64,000 nucleotides of DNA from Acidobacteriota bacterium (GTDB lineage: Bacteria > Acidobacteriota > UBA6911 > RPQK01 > JAJDTT01), in contig CBDCJH010000002.1 of NCBI GenBank assembly GCA_965217775.1, forward strand, positions 4,000,001-4,064,000. Reading direction: 5' to 3'. A program made the position numbers and the translations under genes. The notes beneath the pieces are model-generated. The model was not told where the DNA came from. It saw nothing but the letters and a program-made list of their open reading frames with translations, and searched no databases. This document shows, piece by piece, positions 58,442-64,000 of the stretch; within the stretch, counting starts at the first letter, position 1, and the number at the start of each line of letters is the position of its first letter.

Positions 58442-58751
58442 ATATGATTAATTTGCTCCCGCATGCAAGACGCTACCCATAAAGAGACAGCATTGCGCGC
58501 TCGAGGGTCTTTCCATTGCCTGGCTTCGCCGGGCCATGGCTGCGACAACGCCCTGGGGCCACTTTACCGGGGTCCGCCCGGTCTGCAACCGACTGGCGCG
58601 GGGGTGGTCCAAAAAACGCAGATTCGTATACGCTTCACCTGCCACGAACGTCAGGCCCGCGGCCGTGGTTGTGTGGAAAACATATGAGTCGGCGGCTGGT
58701 AACCGCCGCTCCCACCCCGCCCTCCGCGGACCATCGGCGAGGACAGCCATC

Positions 58752-59873
58752 ATGGATCGGCGACACTTCCTGACCACCTCCAGCAGCTTGACTGCGATTT
58801 CGGCACTCGCGGCTTGCGGCCCTCCCGGGGCTTCACCCACCGGCGCCAAGGCGATCCGGAAGCCTCTGAAGATGCACGTCGGGACCCAACGCCCCAGCAC
58901 CACTCCCGAGATGCTCCAGTTCTTCAAACGCCATGGTGTCGATCACTGCTGCGGCTGGCCTCCGGTCAAGGAGGGGGAGCCCCGGCGAGACTGGGAGTTG
59001 GACGAGATCGCCCAACAGAAGGAACTCTGCGCCCGGCACGGTCTCAGCATGGACATGATCGGGGTCCCTTTCATGACGCCCCTTCACATCGACCGGAACC
59101 CGCGGGCCGGCATACTCCTCGGCGAGAATCCGGACCGCGACCGGGAGATCGAGTACGTCCGGAATCTCATCGTCGCCTGCGCCCGGGCCGAAGTGCCCTG
59201 CTTCAAGTACAACCTGCGCATTCTGGGGACCATGCGCACCGGACGCACCCACGGAGGGCGGGGCGGGTCCTCGTACAGCACCTGGAAGCTGAGCGATGCC
59301 CGGCAGGAGCCGCCCTTGACCCGGGCGGGACCGGTGCCCGCCGAGGTCTTCTGGGAGCGGATCGACTACTTCCTGGAGCGGGTGATCCCGGTGTGCAACG
59401 AATACCGGGTCCGTGCCGCCTGCCATCCCCACGACCCGGGGGTCCCGCCCGAGGGTTTTCAGGGAGTCGACCGGGTGTTGGGAACCCCCGAAGGATTGAA
59501 GAAGTTCGTCTCGCTGCACGAGAGTCCCTTCCACGGCCTGAATCTCTGCCTGGGGACCACCGCGGAGATGCTCCACGATCCAAACCGGGAGATCCATGAC
59601 ATCGTCCGCTATTTCGGAGAACGCGGGAAGATCTTCAACATCCACTTCCGAAACATCCGCGGTGGACGGGACGACTTCATGGAGGTGTGGCCGGACGAAG
59701 GGGACATGAACATGGTGGAGTTGGCCCTGACGCTGGCCCGGGTGGACTATCCCTACATGGTGATGCCCGACCACATGCCACTCCACCCGGACGATCCCGG
59801 CGCCAAGCAGGGGTTCGCCTTCGGATACGGCTATATCAAGGCCATTCTGCAGGCGATCGAGCTCCTCGCCTGA
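58752..59873 (+). CDS. Mannonate dehydratase-like protein with Tat/lipoprotein signal
   Basis: MDRRHFL..LAAC; KYNL, ACHPHDP, NLCLGT, IHFRN, MPDH. Confidence 0.8.
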   Translation: MDRRHFLTTSSSLTAISALAACGPPGASPTGAKAIRKPLKMHVGTQRPSTTPEMLQFFKRHGVDHCCGWPPVKEGEPRRDWELDEIAQQKELCARHGLSMDMIGVPFMTPLHIDRNPRAGILLGENPDRDREIEYVRNLIVACARAEVPCFKYNLRILGTMRTGRTHGGRGGSSYSTWKLSDARQEPPLTRAGPVPAEVFWERIDYFLERVIPVCNEYRVRAACHPHDPGVPPEGFQGVDRVLGTPEGLKKFVSLHESPFHGLNLCLGTTAEMLHDPNREIHDIVRYFGERGKIFNIHFRNIRGGRDDFMEVWPDEGDMNMVELALTLARVDYPYMVMPDHMPLHPDDPGAKQGFAFGYGYIKAILQAIELLA

Positions 59874-59925
59874 GGGGATCGGAGGCGACGGAGTCCGGCG
59901 GCAAGAAAGCCGCCGCTCCCAGCGG

Positions 59926-62181
59926 CTAGGAAGGCGTGGCTCCCAGCGGCCGGTCGGAGGAGAACCGGCGCAAGACGTTGTCGGTGATGCGCGACACCGG
60001 GTTGTCGTAACCGTTGTAGGAAAGGCTGCCGCACCAAGCGATCGATCCCACCGAGAAGACGGCTCCACTCCGTGGCCCTTCGAAGTAGACCATGTCCGAT
60101 CGGATCAGCGGGCTCTTGTCGCCGAACAGAGGACCGCTCAGATCGTGGAGATCTTCCAGCACACACTGGTAACCGGCGGAGTGGCCGAAAGAGGTCGCCA
60201 GCACCAGGGCGTGGGCCGGACTGCCCAGGGCCGGATCGAAACGATCGAGCTCAAAGCCGGCGGCGCCGTATCGGAAAGCCAGTGACTCGAAGTCGCCGAT
60301 CAGTTCGTCCGCGCCGATCCCCTCGAAGATGAAGGCGGCCCTGGGGTCGAAGCTGGCGGGCCGGCGGCGATAGGGACGGCCCGATCCCGTCCCCTGGGAC
60401 GCCATTCCGACGCCGACCAGCTTCTGCGGCGCCCGGTTCCGGAAGCGCCAGAGGCCGCCGAGCTCACCCGTCGTGCTGTGGTAGTACTGCCCCGGTTCGG
60501 CCTCACAGCTTCTGGTGCCGGCCCAGCGTCTCACCTCGATGACGTGCGGCCGCTCCGGATCGACGGTGGTCACCCAGTAGAAGCCGTTGCCCCCCAGGTA
60601 CATGAAACGTCCCCCCCGGGCCTGGTACGCCTGCAGAGCATCGCTCATCCGCCGGGTCCAGTATTCGGGATGGGTGCCGCTGACGATGACCCTGTAGGAG
60701 GAGAGCAGTTCGACTCCTTCGTGATGAAGGTCCTCGTCGGTGATCACGTCGTAGCGGTACGACTTGGCCTCCAGCCAGTCCACCAGGTGGAGGTCGGCGC
60801 TGAACTGATGGGGCGAACCCGCACCCAGGGAGAGCGGAGGCAGACGGTGCCAGGGCCTCATGTTGACGATGGGCCTGAGGCGGGAGGAGTAATGGGCGCT
60901 GCTCCCGTCGGTATGCAGATCGTAAAGGCTGTGGAGCCGTTCATTGACGATGAACTGGTCCGCGGGCCGTGAAGAGCCGGGCTTCAAGCCCTTGACCTCC
61001 ATCCGGACCGGGTTGTTGAACTTCTGGTTGGCGTAGGCGAGATAGCTGAAGGTGGGCGCCAGGAAGGCGATGTCGGCAGTCGTGGTGCCTTTCCGGGGCC
61101 GGACGAAGAAGGGGATATGGTCCTCGGCGTCCGAGGCGGTCAACCAGGCGGCATAGACACCGCTGGGGAGGTCGCTCGGTACCGCAAAATCGAAGTCGAC
61201 GTCCCACGCGGCATCCTCCAGGTCGTCGTCATGGAAGTGGATTGCACCATATTCTCCGGGAGCCGCCTTGAAATCGACCTCGTTGCCGGTCCAGTCGTGT
61301 CCGGTCACGGCTCTTGCCGGCAGGTTCACGGTATGGCCGTGCAGGCCGTGCGGCCCCGTGTCCGTGACCTCTCGTCCGGAAGAACCGAGGGAGAAATCCC
61401 ATGCCGCCAGCAAGGACTCACCGGCGTCCCCAGGCGCACCGCCCCCCTTGAGGCTCTCGATTTCTCCGGGCTCCAGGGCCCGTCCGTAGAGGCGGGGACC
61501 GTCGATCTTGCCGTTGAAATGCCCCGCCACCTGAGCCCGTGATCCGTCCGGCCGCTTCCAGCAGGCTCCCATGAGGAGGGGGATGGGATGGGCAACGATG
61601 CCGCCCCCTGCGGCGGCGCCGGCCACCACCGCTCCCGACCGGTCTCTCGGCCATCGGGTGAGGGGTTCCTGCCAGAGCCGCACGGTGCCTTGGGCGGCGT
61701 CCCACGTGGCCGCCACGAAGTACCATTGCGACGGCGTCAGCGCCGTTTCCGTCCGGAACTTCTCCACCCGGCCGTCGCCATCGCCGATCCACAGACTCAG
61801 ACCCCGATCCCCGTCGAGGAACAGGCCGTATCCTGCCTGCTCAGATTCGGACCACTGGGTCACGATCCCCTGCCCTGCTTTGTCGGGTGTCGTGGGACGG
61901 ATCCAGGCCTGAACCGTGAACCCGCCCGTAAAGTCGAGGGCCGACGGATCGGGGACGACGAGATACGAGCCGCGATGGAGCTCCTGGACCCGGCCCGGGT
62001 ACTCCCCGTTCGCGGGAGCCGCCACCGGCTCCGATTTGACGCCCGGCCCCTTGGGGTTGTCGTCGCCGTGAATCAGACGCACGATCCGGGTCTGGTAGGA
62101 GGACAGCTCGCAGCTGACCATAAACCGAATCGTCTGGCCCTGCTGGACGCTGAGCCGGTCGCCGTAGCCGACAATCTTCAT
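59926..62181 (-). CDS. N,N-dimethylformamidase large-subunit family protein with LamG domain
   Basis: IVGYGDRLSV, FNGKID, AIHFHDDD, YLAYAN, SLYDLH.DG, GTHPEY, MYLGGNGFYW, AAGFELDR, GAVFSVGSIAW. Confidence 0.88.
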   Translation of the reverse strand: MKIVGYGDRLSVQQGQTIRFMVSCELSSYQTRIVRLIHGDDNPKGPGVKSEPVAAPANGEYPGRVQELHRGSYLVVPDPSALDFTGGFTVQAWIRPTTPDKAGQGIVTQWSESEQAGYGLFLDGDRGLSLWIGDGDGRVEKFRTETALTPSQWYFVAATWDAAQGTVRLWQEPLTRWPRDRSGAVVAGAAAGGGIVAHPIPLLMGACWKRPDGSRAQVAGHFNGKIDGPRLYGRALEPGEIESLKGGGAPGDAGESLLAAWDFSLGSSGREVTDTGPHGLHGHTVNLPARAVTGHDWTGNEVDFKAAPGEYGAIHFHDDDLEDAAWDVDFDFAVPSDLPSGVYAAWLTASDAEDHIPFFVRPRKGTTTADIAFLAPTFSYLAYANQKFNNPVRMEVKGLKPGSSRPADQFIVNERLHSLYDLHTDGSSAHYSSRLRPIVNMRPWHRLPPLSLGAGSPHQFSADLHLVDWLEAKSYRYDVITDEDLHHEGVELLSSYRVIVSGTHPEYWTRRMSDALQAYQARGGRFMYLGGNGFYWVTTVDPERPHVIEVRRWAGTRSCEAEPGQYYHSTTGELGGLWRFRNRAPQKLVGVGMASQGTGSGRPYRRRPASFDPRAAFIFEGIGADELIGDFESLAFRYGAAGFELDRFDPALGSPAHALVLATSFGHSAGYQCVLEDLHDLSGPLFGDKSPLIRSDMVYFEGPRSGAVFSVGSIAWCGSLSYNGYDNPVSRITDNVLRRFSSDRPLGATPS

Positions 62182-62313
62182 TCGGACCTCTCCGCTCTCA
62201 CGTTGACATCCCCCGGCGCCGGGCGTCTAATGTGGATCAGTTTCGTAAAGGGGGTCGTGAATAACCACGACTCGTCCGGCCCCAATTTCATTTGGTTCAG
62301 GAAGGTTAGCACA

Positions 62314-63330
62314 ATGGCAGAAGCGAAAGGCAAGCTGAAACGGGATCGTTTCTACACCGAAGACGACGCCGACCTCGGGCTGATCAAGGATCGCCGGATC
62401 GCCGTCCTGGGGTACGGCAGCCAGGGGCACGCCCAGGCCCAGAACATGAGGGACCAGGGTCTCAATGTGATCGTCGGCAACATCGAAGACAGTTTCGCGG
62501 AACAGGCGCGGGGCGACGGGTTCGAGGTCGTTCCCATCACCGAAGCCGTCCAGCGCGGCCGGGTGATCCTGATGCTGATTCCCGACGAGGTCCAGCCCGC
62601 CGTCTACCGGTCCGATATCGGACCGCACCTGACCCCGGATCACACGCTGGTGTTTGCCAGCGGGTACGCCGTGCATTTCGGCCTCATCACACCGCCCGAC
62701 TTCCTGGACGTCATTTTGTCCGTTCCCACCTGCGTGGGCGCCATCGTCCGCGAACGCTACGCCCGGGGGCAGGGGGTCTTCGGTCACTTCGGCGTCCACC
62801 AGGATGTGACCGGCCAAGCCCACGATCTGGCCCTGGCCGTCTCCATGGGGATCGGCATCCTGCGCTTCGGCGTCACCGAAACCACGTTCGGCGACGAGGT
62901 CGCGGTCAATCTGTTCGCCGAGACCGCGGGCCTGAGCGGTATGATCAAGTATCTCTTGACCGCCTTCGAAGTGCTGGTGGAAGCGGGCTTTTCGGCCGAA
63001 AAGGCCTACGGCGAGACCTTCTACGAAATTCAGTTCCTCACCGAGTCCATATGCCGAATGCCCTTCGGCCAGGCGGTCGCCTTCGGATCGCCCACCGCCA
63101 CCTATCTGGCCCTGACCAAGACCGGCGACGTGGTCACCGAAGACGTCCGGGAGCGCATGCACCAGATGCTGGCCCGGATCAAGGCCGGCGAGCTGGTCCG
63201 CGACTGGAACCTGGAGCAGTTGGCCGGATGCCCGGTCCTGAACCAGTGCCGGAGGGAAATTCTGGAACACCCCATCAGCGAGGTGGAGAAGCTCTTTCTG
63301 GAACGGAAGCTGGCTTCAGGAGGCATCTAG
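62314..63330 (+). CDS. Ketol-acid reductoisomerase (IlvC)-like protein with a divergent active site
   Basis: VLGYGSQGHAQAQNMRD.G, LIPDE, ETTF, LVEAG; canonical HG, APKGPG and TDLFGEQ motifs altered. Confidence 0.75.
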   Translation: MAEAKGKLKRDRFYTEDDADLGLIKDRRIAVLGYGSQGHAQAQNMRDQGLNVIVGNIEDSFAEQARGDGFEVVPITEAVQRGRVILMLIPDEVQPAVYRSDIGPHLTPDHTLVFASGYAVHFGLITPPDFLDVILSVPTCVGAIVRERYARGQGVFGHFGVHQDVTGQAHDLALAVSMGIGILRFGVTETTFGDEVAVNLFAETAGLSGMIKYLLTAFEVLVEAGFSAEKAYGETFYEIQFLTESICRMPFGQAVAFGSPTATYLALTKTGDVVTEDVRERMHQMLARIKAGELVRDWNLEQLAGCPVLNQCRREILEHPISEVEKLFLERKLASGGI

Positions 63331-63625
63331 ACCGAACATCCAGCCTGTTTGATCATTTTCCAGCTCAAAGTCGTTGGGAAGACTGGACCACAATTCGCGG
63401 CGTTGAACTCTTGTGGTGAGTCCTCACTTTTTGTCCAGAAGTATCCGAGGACCCCTTCGTCCAATCACCACGGAAGTCCCAATGACTAACGACATTATCA
63501 AACCAAGCCTCGACGAACTGGTCGGCACGTCGAAGAGACGTCATTCCTTTGATCGGCGGCGTTTGCGGCGAATCCGGTAACCAGCCGTGCAGCCAGGCTA
63601 CACAGGCTGTAGGAGGAATTGAGGC

Positions 63626-63832
63626 TTGAGGTACAAGCCATCCCGTGCCGTGGCGCTCCTTCGAACCGGCGTTGCCGATCCTGACGCCCGGTTCCGCGCT
63701 GGTCAGGAACGGGCCATCCGGCATGTCGTAGACTCCCGATGGACCTTCACGGTTGGCGCCTGGGAGCTTCGCCGACGCGGATGCGCCGCGGTTTGGCCCT
63801 TGGCGCTTGCCGATGCTGGAGGTAGGCAATGA
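63626..63832 (+). pseudogene. Internally deleted RecQ-family helicase/PRTase-tail gene (N- and C-termini fused)
   Basis: ALLRTG..PDARFRAGQERAIRHVV resembles a RecQ Q-motif start; VDSRWTFTV.AW.LRR.G...VWPLALA resembles a PRTase-like C-terminus. Confidence 0.7.
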
Positions 63833-63843
63833 ATAACTGCGAT

Positions 63844-64000
63844 ATGGATCTCTCCTTGAACACCAAGGCGATCCTGCTATTGACGGCGCCCCTGATCGCC
63901 GGCGGAAAGAGGCGGGAAACAAGACCTCTCACTGCCGGCGAGTACAACAAGCTTGCCGGTCGTTTACATGCTCTTCGAGTCCAACCGGCCGATCTGCTCC
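63844..64000 (+). CDS. DprA/Smf-like protein, N-terminal part (runs off the window end)
   Basis: MDLSLNTKAILLLTAPL..RPLTAGEYNKLA..L....QPADLL resembles, from recall, the N-terminus of DprA-like proteins found next to RecQ genes. Confidence 0.6.
   Translation, partial: MDLSLNTKAILLLTAPLIAGGKRRETRPLTAGEYNKLAGRLHALRVQPADLL

Noticed and set aside
61588-62313. Long N-terminal extension of the IlvC-like ORF, and similar extensions at 54150-54731, 27494-27718 and 20744-20989
   Set aside because: They overlap other genes or remnants; downstream starts fit family lengths better, most with an RBS or a start/stop overlap
63365-63625. AT-richer stretch with a minus-strand reading MTSLRRADQFVEAWFDNVVSHW...
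   Set aside because: Possibly a gene fragment at the island edge, but I cannot assign a family or a start

Overview
GC-rich bacterial DNA whose gene repertoire (CarboxypepD_reg-type TonB-dependent receptors, TPR + ASPIC/UnbV pairs, GWxTD protein, DUF1501/DUF1549-DUF1553 modules, many BNR/sialidase-like and PhyH proteins) fits Acidobacteriota. A host-associated lifestyle is possible but is only inference. Core content: a cobalamin riboswitch heading a 7-gene corrinoid uptake/salvage operon, an ISKra4-family IS with TIRs and a 9-bp TSD, an orphan DNA methyltransferase islet, a mazF toxin coupled to an unusual chimeric antitoxin, an Omp85 barrel + secreted atypical-kinase pair, a DMFase-like large subunit, a divergent IlvC homologue and several eroded genes. 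The most striking sequence-level signal is a set of ~160-bp fully palindromic miniature elements with 4-bp TSDs. Two different families each add exactly 162 bp (54 codons) in frame, in the same codon phase and orientation, to two different protein genes, and they share a central hairpin motif. All product calls come from motif recognition by eye; no database searches were run.
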